Of a DNA stretch of 64,000 nt, positions 18,007 through 27,939 are shown one piece after another. The stretch covers positions 32,001 to 96,000 of the IMG/VR virus record IMGVR_UViG_3300042397_002774, one strand, 5' to 3'. The notes under the pieces were generated by a model, which had not been told where the DNA came from, made no database searches, and saw only the letters and a program-made list of their open reading frames with translations. How positions within the stretch are numbered: the stretch's first letter is position 1; each line of letters begins with the position of its first letter. This stretch comes from a virus. The position numbers and the translations under genes were made by a program.

Positions 18007-18792
18007 TTATTTTATAAATTTTCTGAATTGTTGTACGTTGAATGTAATATCTTCTATCTGCCCACTCAAGTCTTTCTCAAAGTAATGCTCTAGTTTTTCC
18101 TTTGGTTTCCATGTTAAACCACTATCAGTGTATCTTTGTCCTTCAGCACCAACTAAAATAGGATTGGACGTATCTACTGATTTAACAAATGTCCAATCTT
18201 TATATGACATAAACTCTTGTGGTAATGAACATCCTAACAAATGGTGGTAATGTGACTTTCTGATAGTATTAGATGCAACTAAACGTCTAATAAACTCCAT
18301 TCTACCATACATTGCTGCTTTTAAATGATCCATTCCTTCATATTCATATTGGTATGCAATGCTTGAATGATTAAATGCAATATGAGTATAACCTAAATCA
18401 ACTAATGTTTGATATGTTGTAATTAATTCACCCATGTCTTTACCTTGACATACAGCCATTAAATTAACTCCTTCAGGTAGATTTGGTTTATGATTAATCA
18501 TCCAACTTTTAGCATTAACTAATGTTGTTGTTGAATCGTTCCAGGCATCAGGTACAATGAATATATCAGGACGAACTAAATTAATCTTTTCTAATAAATC
18601 TTCTGTTGTATGCAATACACCTTCAAATAAACCATTATCCATGATAATGAAACGTTTATCTAAACGTGATTTTTGAAAGAATATTCTATATTGATCGTAC
18701 TGATCAATCAAGTGAGGTAAACAATAATCATAATCATTCCATTTATATGCATGATGCATTAATGCTAAAGGTAATTCATGACTAATCTTCAT
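18007..18792 (-). CDS. TGT-fold transglycosylase-like protein (DpdA-like candidate)
   Basis: IMDNG-FE, IVPD, AVCQG, HHLLG and SVDTS in TGT order, located between queD and queC. Confidence 0.7.
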   Translation of the reverse strand: MKISHELPLALMHHAYKWNDYDYCLPHLIDQYDQYRIFFQKSRLDKRFIIMDNGLFEGVLHTTEDLLEKINLVRPDIFIVPDAWNDSTTTLVNAKSWMINHKPNLPEGVNLMAVCQGKDMGELITTYQTLVDLGYTHIAFNHSSIAYQYEYEGMDHLKAAMYGRMEFIRRLVASNTIRKSHYHHLLGCSLPQEFMSYKDWTFVKSVDTSNPILVGAEGQRYTDSGLTWKPKEKLEHYFEKDLSGQIEDITFNVQQFRKFIK

Positions 18793-19069
18793 AGTGTTTT
18801 AATTTTTTCTTTAATCTATTAATTCTAATTTGACAATACCATTTACCCATATTACCAGATGCATTTTTATATCTTTCTTCCCAATACTTAATACCTTTGT
18901 TAGTTTTAGCATTTGCTTTTTCAAGATAATCAATGTCCCAATAACTGTTATTTTCCAACATAGCTTCTTCCCAATATCCTTCAGTATAATGGGGAGCTTG
19001 TTGTTCATACTCTTCGCGAAGAGCTTTGCGTCGTGCTTTTTCTAGATTTTTACCTAGTTTCTTATTCAT
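18782..19069 (-). CDS. Hypothetical basic protein
   Basis: 95 aa, overlaps both neighbouring genes. Confidence 0.5.
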   Translation of the reverse strand: MNKKLGKNLEKARRKALREEYEQQAPHYTEGYWEEAMLENNSYWDIDYLEKANAKTNKGIKYWEERYKNASGNMGKWYCQIRINRLKKKLKHYED

Positions 19070-19523
19070 ATATGGCGGTATTTTTGTTGTTTTCCATGAA
19101 TTCTACTCTTACAACACTAACCCTACCATTAGTTTCTTCTTGAACAAATGTATTTAATTTTTCAAAAACATATTTTGCGAACTGTTCTGCGCCAACAGCT
19201 GGTAATATTCTAAGTTGAATAATACCAAGTTCACCCATTGTTTTGAACCCACCCAATGCTGGGTCATCTTCAGTTATGATTGTGGTATGGTCAAACATAT
19301 AGTCCATCCATTCTTTAGGATTTTTACCATCAATATTCCCTTTAGCACGTTTCATACCACCAAAATCCCAAACCCAATTACGTTCATCTAATTCACCTTC
19401 AAACCATACTCTAAATGATACTCCATACCCATGGAGGAACCTGCAGTGAGTACCTTCTGCTTTCCATTGACGAAATACTGTACTGAAACCGTCAAACAAC
19501 TTTGTTGATTGAAACTTTGCCAT
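19062..19523 (-). CDS. queD: 6-carboxy-5,6,7,8-tetrahydropterin synthase (PTPS family)
   Basis: HCRFLHGY, WVWDFG, FDHT, GAE, EFMENNKN. Confidence 0.85.
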   Translation of the reverse strand: MAKFQSTKLFDGFSTVFRQWKAEGTHCRFLHGYGVSFRVWFEGELDERNWVWDFGGMKRAKGNIDGKNPKEWMDYMFDHTTIITEDDPALGGFKTMGELGIIQLRILPAVGAEQFAKYVFEKLNTFVQEETNGRVSVVRVEFMENNKNTAIYE

Positions 19524-19524
19524 T

Positions 19525-19743
19525 TTATTTATCTTTTTTTATTGTAATATTTGATCTGAATAAGATTCCTGCTATTAAATTTAATCCACATGCTTCCCAA
19601 AAATTAATATATCTTAACCCAAAAATATTTGGCATTAGTTGGTTCCATAAAAATTGTAGAGGTAGACCAAATAGCAAAGCAGCTAAGGCTAATAATCCTA
19701 CAAGGTACAAGGCTTGTTCAATTGGTTTCATGTTGTTATTCAT
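19525..19743 (-). CDS. Small membrane protein
   Basis: Two hydrophobic segments, LWNQLMPNIFGL..INFWEA. Confidence 0.6.
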   Translation of the reverse strand: MNNNMKPIEQALYLVGLLALAALLFGLPLQFLWNQLMPNIFGLRYINFWEACGLNLIAGILFRSNITIKKDK

Positions 19744-19939
19744 TTTCTATTTCGTCGTTATTTAATTCGTCTAACTCTGTTTGATTTACTATTTTCCAGT
19801 TTTTATCATCATCAATAATACTGTAAACTTGATCCATAATTTCTTCCAACTCTTTAGTTAATGAAGTAACGTCAACATCGTCTTCTGTTAATTTGGTTTG
19901 GATTTGTTCTGCTTTATTTAGTAATTCTATTAAGTTCAT
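19736..19939 (-). CDS. Acidic hypothetical protein
   Basis: 67 aa, translationally coupled to neighbours. Confidence 0.5.
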   Translation of the reverse strand: MNLIELLNKAEQIQTKLTEDDVDVTSLTKELEEIMDQVYSIIDDDKNWKIVNQTELDELNNDEIENE

Positions 19940-20145
19940 TTTTTCTTATTTGGAGTGAATTTAAGTATTTCCTCTGACAATACCACCCTTCCTTTAGTAT
20001 CTCTTGGTTCATAAGGGCAATGTCTGCAATGATCACCACAGCAACTACCTCTATTAATATGAGTGAGCGCAGTAAAAATCACGCGCTCACCCTCTATATA
20101 GTAATCAACTCCGTTTCTTAATTGCTTATCCTTCACAAGATACAC
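19936..20145 (-). CDS. Cys-rich small protein (DUF5522-like)
   Basis: DYYIE...RGSCCGDHCRHCPY. Start codon uncertain. Confidence 0.65.
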   Translation of the reverse strand: MYLVKDKQLRNGVDYYIEGERVIFTALTHINRGSCCGDHCRHCPYEPRDTKGRVVLSEEILKFTPNKKK

Positions 20146-21850
20146 ATTCAGATAAACGTTGTAAATTGTCTCCTCTCAATACTGATTCGGTACGTAAGTA
20201 GTATAATGTTTTAATACCTGCTTTATGTGCCTCTTTATGTACTTGAGATATCCATTTTGGAGTGTCATTTGGATCAAAACATAAATTTAATGAAATTGCT
20301 TGATCAATATATTGTTGTCTAATAGCGTTTTGTTTTACTATTTCTAATTGATTAATTTCTTTAAATGTTAAGAACACTGATTTTTCTTCATCAGTTAAAA
20401 TATAACTAGGAACATTAATTACTGATCCTTGATCTTTTAGAATTTGATCCCAAACACTATCAATATTATATCCTTTTTTATCTAGTAATTCTTCTAGAAT
20501 TTTATTTCGTTTAATGAATACGCCTTTTGCTGTTTTAAGGTTATATACATTCGCTGGAATTGGTTCAATAGATGGTGACACACCTCCCGAAATATGAGCA
20601 TTTGATACCGTTGGTGCAATTGCTAAATGATGGGAATGTCTTAATCCAGTACCTTTACACCATTCTGGCTCACCGTATAGTTCTGCTTGGTCGCGTGATG
20701 CTTTTAAAGTTTCTGTCTGAATAAATTCAGATATAACTCTAGTCAATGCTGATGATTGAATACTAGCAAATGGTATTCCTTTTGATTGTAGTAATGTATG
20801 CCATCCTAAAACACCAATTCCAATTGCTCTACCTTTAGTAGCAGAACGAACTGTGTTTTCCATGAATTTGATGTTCTTAGCTCTATCAATAAATTCTTGT
20901 AATACACCTTCTAAGAACCAACATGCTACTTCTGGTAATGTCATACCATTTTCGAATTTATAGTCTTTCCATTCATCCCAACGTGCTAAATTCAATGATG
21001 ATAAACAACAAATGAATGAATGTAATTCGTCTGTGTATAATGAAATCTCACTACAAATGTTTGTCATTGATACATGAAGATTTAACTTCTTATATCCTTC
21101 AGGATTTGCATTGTTAACATTATCTTCAAACATGATATAAGGTTCACCAGTTTCAAGACGTGTTTTTAATATATCACCCCACAAACGCATAGAACGTTCA
21201 TCTTTGTTTTCTAACTTATCCATAAATGTGTCATCAATAACAACACATTGGTGTAAGTTCAAACATTGACGATTAACATCACCTTTTGGTCTACGAATTT
21301 GCAAAAATTCTTCAATATCTGGGTGGTTGATGCTTAAGTTAACAGATGCTGCTCCTCTTCTAACTGATCCTTGATTTGTAGCAAGAATAGTTGAATCATA
21401 AATTTTACACCAAGGCACTACACCTTCAGACACACCATTATCTCTAATGGCTTTACCTCTACCTCTAATACGAGATACTCCAATACCAACTCCACCACCT
21501 TGAGATGATAATCTCATTAATTCAGAGTTTGCATCAGCAATACCTTCAATAGAATCACCAACATCAATACCAAAACATGAAATAGGCATTCCACGCTCAG
21601 TACCTAAATTTGATAATACTGGGGATGCTAAACATAGCCAGTTTTTTACTATTGCTTCATAGAATATTGGTTGTAAGTCTTTACGTCTTAATCTACGTGA
21701 AGAAGCTTTACTAACTCTTTTAAATGCACCAAATACATCTTCATCAGGCATTAAATATCCTTTAGAAATCATACTTAATGCTATTTCATCCATCCAAGAA
21801 GGAAAATCTTTACCTTTAACCCAGGTACTGGTGTCTACTTGTATACTCAT
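20126..21850 (-). CDS. nrdA: Class I ribonucleotide reductase alpha subunit (short, no ATP cone)
   Basis: PISCF, GGGVG, RRGA, TNICSEI, CCLSSLNL, AIAPT, KTLYY, C-terminal CVSCEG. Confidence 0.95.
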   Translation of the reverse strand: MSIQVDTSTWVKGKDFPSWMDEIALSMISKGYLMPDEDVFGAFKRVSKASSRRLRRKDLQPIFYEAIVKNWLCLASPVLSNLGTERGMPISCFGIDVGDSIEGIADANSELMRLSSQGGGVGIGVSRIRGRGKAIRDNGVSEGVVPWCKIYDSTILATNQGSVRRGAASVNLSINHPDIEEFLQIRRPKGDVNRQCLNLHQCVVIDDTFMDKLENKDERSMRLWGDILKTRLETGEPYIMFEDNVNNANPEGYKKLNLHVSMTNICSEISLYTDELHSFICCLSSLNLARWDEWKDYKFENGMTLPEVACWFLEGVLQEFIDRAKNIKFMENTVRSATKGRAIGIGVLGWHTLLQSKGIPFASIQSSALTRVISEFIQTETLKASRDQAELYGEPEWCKGTGLRHSHHLAIAPTVSNAHISGGVSPSIEPIPANVYNLKTAKGVFIKRNKILEELLDKKGYNIDSVWDQILKDQGSVINVPSYILTDEEKSVFLTFKEINQLEIVKQNAIRQQYIDQAISLNLCFDPNDTPKWISQVHKEAHKAGIKTLYYLRTESVLRGDNLQRLSECVSCEG

Positions 21851-21864
21851 CTTATAATTTAATT

Positions 21865-22815
21865 TTAAAGGTCTGACCAATCTGCGTTTGACTTTGAATA
21901 ACTAGTCACGCGTCCTGCAAAGAAATCTTGGTGTGTTTTTCCACTTGTTAAATGTCCAAACCATTCCATTTGTTTTAATAGGTTAGGATCAATATCATTG
22001 AAAATACCATTATAACCTAATTCAACCATTTTCTCATTTGCTCTTGCTTTGATAAATGTTTTTAGTTGAGGGATGTTTAAACCTTCAATATCTCCCATTT
22101 CAAATGCTTTATCAATAAAATCAAATTCTAACTGAACTGATAATCGACAAGCTTCTGCTACACCTGATCTCATTTCTGCTGTATTTAATTCAGGTTGTTC
22201 TTCTAACAATTTTTTAAATAACCAACATCCTGCTTTTGAGTGTAATGACTCATCTCTGACACTCCACTCTACAATCTGACCAGTTCCTTTCATTAAGTTT
22301 CTTAATTGAAAAGACATCAATATAGCAAATGAAGAAAATAAATTAACACCTTCAGTAAATGCTGAGAATATAGCTAATGATAATGCTTTTTCTTCAATGT
22401 TATCACCAGGTACTTCAATTAAGCGATCAATTTTTGCTTTTGATGCTTCGTCTTCTAAAAATGCTTGGAAGTTATCTAATCCTAATTCTTCATTTAATCG
22501 AGCATAAGCTTCAGCATGGATGCTTTCAAAATCAGCAAACACACGAGCCATAGCTTGAATTTCTGGTTTTGGGAACCATAATGATACTTTAGTAGACCAA
22601 TAATCATTAACGTGTACTTCTGTTTGAGCGAATGATTTTAGAATATTTCCTATCAAATTCTTTTCTGAATCGGTTAATTTTAATTTCCAATCGTTTAGAT
22701 CAGAAGCCAAAGGTACTTCATCAGCCAACCAATGTACTCTATGTTGGTCTTTATAAAAGTTGAATGCTTCTTGGTATTCAAATGGTTTGTAGAAAATACG
22801 TGGTTCAGTTATCAT
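21865..22815 (-). CDS. nrdB: Class I ribonucleotide reductase beta subunit
   Basis: HWLADEV, ESIHAEAY, EGVNLFSSF, RDESLH, DFFAGRVTSY. Confidence 0.95.
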   Translation of the reverse strand: MITEPRIFYKPFEYQEAFNFYKDQHRVHWLADEVPLASDLNDWKLKLTDSEKNLIGNILKSFAQTEVHVNDYWSTKVSLWFPKPEIQAMARVFADFESIHAEAYARLNEELGLDNFQAFLEDEASKAKIDRLIEVPGDNIEEKALSLAIFSAFTEGVNLFSSFAILMSFQLRNLMKGTGQIVEWSVRDESLHSKAGCWLFKKLLEEQPELNTAEMRSGVAEACRLSVQLEFDFIDKAFEMGDIEGLNIPQLKTFIKARANEKMVELGYNGIFNDIDPNLLKQMEWFGHLTSGKTHQDFFAGRVTSYSKSNADWSDL

Positions 22816-23072
22816 TTTAATGAATTTAATAAGTTAATTAATGTTGGTTTTGATTGCATACCCAAGGTACGCTTTACTTCTTGCCCATCAACTTCTATTA
22901 CTAAAGTAGGAACTGAACGAATGTTATATTTTAATGTTAAATCTGGATTGCTGTCTACATCTATTGTTTCAAAATTAACATCTGTTAATTCTGATTGAAC
23001 TTGCGCTACTAAAGGAGCAAGTTGCTTACATGGGCCGCACCAAGCAGCCGTGAACCTTTTTACCGTTACCAT
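22812..23072 (-). CDS. trxA: Thioredoxin
   Basis: WCGPC active site, SVPT. Confidence 0.93.
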   Translation of the reverse strand: MVTVKRFTAAWCGPCKQLAPLVAQVQSELTDVNFETIDVDSNPDLTLKYNIRSVPTLVIEVDGQEVKRTLGMQSKPTLINLLNSLK

Positions 23073-23107
23073 AATTTTTATTGTTGTAGTTATAAATATA
23101 GTATATA

Positions 23108-24490
23108 CTATTGGTTTTTACTAAGCTCAAAAAACTTCTGTTGAAGATAATCTCTGTCGTCATTATTAACGCTACTGTATTGATTTACAGGTTTAGAGTC
23201 ATCTTCATCATCATCGTCTAATGGTGTTTCGTATATATCTATTTTTCCGTTTGATGTATCTATTTTGGAACCAAATGTTAATCCGTCAGCACCATATCTA
23301 TTTTTCATGACGTGCCAACGTCCTGTTCCGTTTACTTTATCTTTTCTTCCTCTAGCTAGAGATAAAATAATATCTCCAATCATAATCTTTTCATACGATC
23401 CTGCTGCATTATCACCTTCAATAATACTACTTTTAGCAGCACCTCTATTTGCTTGTGAAGGGGATATAACTGGTATTCCTAGTTCCTTAGCTAATGCTTT
23501 AGCTCCAACATAAACATCATCAATTTCTTCCTTACGTTCTCCATTTCTAGAACGAGATGAACTCTTAACATAATCAAGATAATCAATAATGATTAAATCT
23601 GGTTTGAAACCATGTTGCATTTCTAATTGTTGGAGATGAGCCTGAATTGTATCGAATGATGCTCTTTTAGGTGGGTATTCTTTAATAACAACTTTACCTC
23701 TAACTTTACTAATAGTTTCTTCAACTTTAGCTCTATTTTTATCCAAAGTATCAACAGGAATACCTGTAAATACAGCATCATATCTTTTACCTACGTAACC
23801 TTCAGCTAATTCAAGTGAATAGTGTACTACATTATACCCCATAGCAGCAGCATAAGCTCCCATATCAATAACAGCCCATGATTTACCACCCCCAGGATTA
23901 CCAAATACTAGTACTAAATCACCTTTACCCATTCCCCCCTGAGTTAGACTATTGAATACAGGCCAAGGGAAAGGTATTGCATTTCTATCATCTATTCTGT
24001 ATCTTGATTCAATATCTTTATCATATTCATGACCAATATTTTTATCTTCACCTGCTTTTAGAGCATTATTCATTAGTGTTTTAATACTATCATAATCACC
24101 CATTCCAAGCAAGTCAACAGAAGTCATGATTGCTTTCTTTACTTGTTGGTTTTTACAAAAATTAGTAAATTCATTTTCTACCCACTCTAAATCATTGGCT
24201 TGGGATTCTTTATAAGCCTCTCTTAGCCCCTCAGTAATAGCAATTTTTAAAACATCATTATCAACTTTTTTTACTTCAGTAGATAGTACCTCCATTGTTG
24301 GTACTGTATGATACTTAGAAAAATATGATTGTATTTCTTTAATAACCCATTGATTGGCTTGATTTTCGAAATATTCTTTTTCTAAAGAATCAGACACATT
24401 TACTAAGAAATTTTTCTGTGTTAATAGTGCTCCAATTACTTTCGTTTGAAACTGAGGTCCGTATGCTTGTAATTTTTGTAATGTTGTCAT
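23108..24490 (-). CDS. Replicative DnaB/gp41-like helicase
   Basis: GNPGGGKS, YSLE, IIIDYLD, SQANR, KNRYG. Confidence 0.92.
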   Translation of the reverse strand: MTTLQKLQAYGPQFQTKVIGALLTQKNFLVNVSDSLEKEYFENQANQWVIKEIQSYFSKYHTVPTMEVLSTEVKKVDNDVLKIAITEGLREAYKESQANDLEWVENEFTNFCKNQQVKKAIMTSVDLLGMGDYDSIKTLMNNALKAGEDKNIGHEYDKDIESRYRIDDRNAIPFPWPVFNSLTQGGMGKGDLVLVFGNPGGGKSWAVIDMGAYAAAMGYNVVHYSLELAEGYVGKRYDAVFTGIPVDTLDKNRAKVEETISKVRGKVVIKEYPPKRASFDTIQAHLQQLEMQHGFKPDLIIIDYLDYVKSSSRSRNGERKEEIDDVYVGAKALAKELGIPVISPSQANRGAAKSSIIEGDNAAGSYEKIMIGDIILSLARGRKDKVNGTGRWHVMKNRYGADGLTFGSKIDTSNGKIDIYETPLDDDDEDDSKPVNQYSSVNNDDRDYLQQKFFELSKNQ

Positions 24491-24502
24491 AACTTTTTAA
24501 AT

Positions 24503-25531
24503 TTAATTAAGAGAATTTAAGTAACCAAAAACTTCTGTAAGCCAATTATCTACATTCGGTATTGATTCTCCCAATTTATCATTTACATATATTTGGTGAA
24601 ATAGATACTTATTTAATTCATATGAATCGTTAAAAGCATCTTTTACCAATTGTTTATTTTCAGGTGATAAGAAACTTCCATCTAGAGACATTAATTTTCT
24701 ATTAATTTCTAGTTGATGTCTTCTTTCTACTACTGATAGATATAATTTGTTTTCATCTATTTTATTAGCAGATGACTCAATAATATCATTTAATTCAATT
24801 TTATTCTCACTGATTAATTCAGGGAATAATTTAAGTAACTTAACAGGCCCTAAACCAGTAATCCCAGGAATATTATCAGATTGATCACCCATCAATATCT
24901 TGTAGTTAAGAAAATTATAACTACTAACACCGAATTCTTCTAATACATCTTTTGGTTTGTATACTTTCTTTTTAACTGGAGAATATACTTGTACTTTGTT
25001 TGAGATTAATTGTAAGAAATCTTTGTCCGCAGACATGATTGTTACACTTGTTGTCTCATTATACGCCTGGAATTTATTTGATAAATAACCAATAATATCA
25101 TCTGCTTCCAAACCATCAATACTAATAACAGTAACTGGAAGGCATTTAAGATACTGAATCAATCTTGCCATCTGATTGTTTATACTCTCTGTTTCTTCTT
25201 CTTTTGAAGAGAAAATAGAATAATTTGTCATGCGATTAACATGACGATTTGCTTTATACTCAGGGTATAAGTTTCTTCTAGCATTCGAACCACCAACACC
25301 ATCAAATACAATTATCACTTTGGTTGGATTAAGCATTTTGATTGCATAACCAATTGATTTTAAAAACCCAGTTAGACCACCAATGTGGTGGCCATTTGGG
25401 TTAATGTGATTAATCATAGTAAACGACCTCAAGAATGTATTGAGGCCGTCTATGATTAAAATTGAGTCTAATTGTGTCCTAGTGTCTGGTTGAATACTTG
25501 AGATTAGATCAAAGTATTTATTCTTGGACAT
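24503..25531 (-). CDS. 5'-3' exonuclease / T4 RNase H-like flap nuclease
   Basis: IIDGLN, VFDG, YKANR, EADDII, SADKDFLQL, GDQSDNIPG. Confidence 0.93.
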   Translation of the reverse strand: MSKNKYFDLISSIQPDTRTQLDSILIIDGLNTFLRSFTMINHINPNGHHIGGLTGFLKSIGYAIKMLNPTKVIIVFDGVGGSNARRNLYPEYKANRHVNRMTNYSIFSSKEEETESINNQMARLIQYLKCLPVTVISIDGLEADDIIGYLSNKFQAYNETTSVTIMSADKDFLQLISNKVQVYSPVKKKVYKPKDVLEEFGVSSYNFLNYKILMGDQSDNIPGITGLGPVKLLKLFPELISENKIELNDIIESSANKIDENKLYLSVVERRHQLEINRKLMSLDGSFLSPENKQLVKDAFNDSYELNKYLFHQIYVNDKLGESIPNVDNWLTEVFGYLNSLN

Positions 25532-26609
25532 CTACTAAGTTTATTTCTTTAAAATTTTCTTCCATTTCATCCTCTTCAACAATATCAAAATCAGCTGATC
25601 CTAGAATTTGGAGCCATTCATTTGAATGTTCTTTTTTATAGTTATCAATTGCTTTTTTATCATCAGGGATGAAACCATGAACTGTCATTGTAACAGTACC
25701 CTTTGTTTGCACTCCAGTAACGTGATTTTTATCAGCAGATATCTTAGTACGTTTAGCAAATTCAACGTCTTTACCATCTTTAGTTGCTTTAATTTTGCTA
25801 GTACCACTGTTTGATACATTACCAAAAGTAATTACAAAAGATGAATCAAAGAACATTGTATCACCACCTTTATTTTTCAACTTAGGTTGTTCCATAGGTG
25901 AATTTGGTTTTGCAACCCACACCTTATTAACTGCTACAAATGTATTTGTATACGGTTGATTTTCTTTACGAGATAAGATAATCTTTTGGTTGATAAAGTT
26001 ACCAAATGTTTGAGACATTGCTCCAGCATTCCACTCATTGTTATTTTTATTTGATTCAACAGATAATCTACAAGGAATTGATCCTACTGAGTCCCACAGG
26101 AATAGTAGATCAAATGGTAATTTTCCTGCTGCTTGTTCACTTAACAAATCAGCTACGAAAGCACCTACATCTTCAATTGTGTTTAATGAACCTCTATCTA
26201 CATAAAGGAAAAAACCTTTATAATCAATAACTTCACCTGTTTCAGGATCAGCTACAGATGTTAGTTCAAAACCCATTTGTACAGCATGTTCCCAATTCCA
26301 TTTCATCTCTGTGATGATGAAAACTGGTAGTACGCCCATTTTTTGTGCAGATACTGCTGCTTCAAGCATTGCCGTTGTTTTACCTGTATCTGAATGGCCA
26401 CGTAACAGGGTTATATGGCCCATTGGAATACCAGGAATAGATAATACGTCTTGGAATGCTTTTGAAAGCGGGATCCACCTTTGTGGTTTAAATTTAACAG
26501 ATTGATCTAAGAATTTAGATTTCTTAAACGCATCAATGTTAAATGATTTCTTTAACGATTCGGATACAACCGTCGTTAAACTGTCTTTACTTTTAGCCAT
26601 TTTAGCCAT
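25518..26609 (-). CDS. RecA/UvsX-like recombinase
   Basis: GIPMG, GHSDTGKT, LWDSVG, KGGDTMFF. Confidence 0.85.
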   Translation of the reverse strand: MAKMAKSKDSLTTVVSESLKKSFNIDAFKKSKFLDQSVKFKPQRWIPLSKAFQDVLSIPGIPMGHITLLRGHSDTGKTTAMLEAAVSAQKMGVLPVFIITEMKWNWEHAVQMGFELTSVADPETGEVIDYKGFFLYVDRGSLNTIEDVGAFVADLLSEQAAGKLPFDLLFLWDSVGSIPCRLSVESNKNNNEWNAGAMSQTFGNFINQKIILSRKENQPYTNTFVAVNKVWVAKPNSPMEQPKLKNKGGDTMFFDSSFVITFGNVSNSGTSKIKATKDGKDVEFAKRTKISADKNHVTGVQTKGTVTMTVHGFIPDDKKAIDNYKKEHSNEWLQILGSADFDIVEEDEMEENFKEINLVDVQE

Positions 26610-26615
26610 TATTTA

Positions 26616-27434
26616 TTAATCATTAAATAGTGAATCAAACTTATCAGTTGCTGTTGCTCTTGGTTTTACATCCAAAGAGTAAGGTTGGATTGGAGAATTG
26701 AGTTCTTTCAAGAAATCATCTTCCTCATCCACAATTGATGTTGGAGTTGCTTCCGGAGTTGATTCATCTTCAGGAGATAGCCACTTCTGCAATATATCTT
26801 TTAATGCATCATAAGTGTACTTTCGATTAATAGATAAGATGTCGGGTTGTTCTTCTAATGATTTAGTTACAAGTGCAGCATCATCAGAAATCGGGGTGGA
26901 TTTTGGTTTTGGTCTTAAAGTACATTTAATACCTTTTCTACCAGCAATTACATCTTCAATTGCTTCAACTGTAAAATCACGACCATCTGTAATGTCTGTA
27001 AAATCACCGTAATCTTCATCACTAGCAATACCCATTAATTGGTCATTAACTAATTTACCAACTTCCCATAGACGTACACCTTGACTCTCTTCACCGCGAA
27101 CGATTACTGGAGCAAAATAGCGTGTTTTAGGAGAAATTTTGTTGGCTAGAGTCCAATCATCTTTATCAGATGATTTACGTAGTTTCTTAGCAAAATCTGT
27201 GATTGGGTCTTCTTCACCCCAGTTACTTAGTGCTAAGATTGGTCCTTTTGAAAAACCATAGTGCATTTGAACTTCGCGCAATGGCCACTCTTTTCTAAAA
27301 GTGTTTGGGACGATTCTGATCTGGTGTTTACCTGCTTTTGGTTTCCAGAAAATTTTAGTGTAGTCGATTTTTTCACGACCTGCGCCTTTGTTGGCGTTCG
27401 CTTCAAGCTTTTGCTTGACAAAACTTAAATCCAT
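26616..27434 (-). CDS. Single-stranded DNA-binding protein (T4 gp32-like)
   Basis: FWKP, IRIVP, VRLWEVG, DITDGRDF, acidic C-terminal tail. Confidence 0.8.
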   Translation of the reverse strand: MDLSFVKQKLEANANKGAGREKIDYTKIFWKPKAGKHQIRIVPNTFRKEWPLREVQMHYGFSKGPILALSNWGEEDPITDFAKKLRKSSDKDDWTLANKISPKTRYFAPVIVRGEESQGVRLWEVGKLVNDQLMGIASDEDYGDFTDITDGRDFTVEAIEDVIAGRKGIKCTLRPKPKSTPISDDAALVTKSLEEQPDILSINRKYTYDALKDILQKWLSPEDESTPEATPTSIVDEEDDFLKELNSPIQPYSLDVKPRATATDKFDSLFND

Positions 27435-27481
27435 ATTGTTTTTGTTTTAATTGTAAGTCGTTCTATGAACGGAATATATTG

Positions 27482-27513
27482 TGAATCTATGATTCTAAAT
27501 TTGGCCCTCCAAA
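27482..27513 (-). promoter_or_regulatory. Bacteroidota-type promoter upstream of the SSB gene
   Basis: TTTG-N20-TAGATTCA, with TTTGG-N4-CCAAA dyad. Confidence 0.6.
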
Positions 27514-27930
27514 CTATTTGTTGAAGTCTATTATCCTATGGATTGCTGTATCTAATCTACGTAGGTCAGGACCATCCGTTAATAAAATACAATTTTTATA
27601 GTCATTCCAATTTACGATAAAGTTCTTGTCCATCACACCATTATTTAAAGTTCTTATTAAAGTATTAAGAGCATTAATGGTGTATAATGTATTTGATTCT
27701 TTTTTACGATGTAATAAGATAGTATTGGCCATCGGTGCATCTTGTACGTTGCCCGAGTCAATATTATAAGTACACATCAATTCTTCGCTTTGTGGAGATT
27801 CAAGAATGAATATCTTATTGAAAAGAATAGCGTAACGACGATTGATTGTGTTAACTGTATTTTCCAAATCCAATGGAGTTGTAAATGTACAGAATAATTT
27901 GTTCAAGTCTAATTCGTTTAATTGTTCCAT
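27514..27930 (-). CDS. Conserved hypothetical phage protein
   Basis: LFCTF, LHRKKESNTLYTINALN. TATTTATT lies directly before the ATG. Confidence 0.65.
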   Translation of the reverse strand: MEQLNELDLNKLFCTFTTPLDLENTVNTINRRYAILFNKIFILESPQSEELMCTYNIDSGNVQDAPMANTILLHRKKESNTLYTINALNTLIRTLNNGVMDKNFIVNWNDYKNCILLTDGPDLRRLDTAIHRIIDFNK

Positions 27931-27939
27931 AATAAATAT

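Noticed and set aside
10049-26609. Introns or inteins in polB, nrdA, helicase or recA
   Set aside because: The ORFs are uninterrupted and of ordinary or short length, with no intein or homing endonuclease motifs seen.
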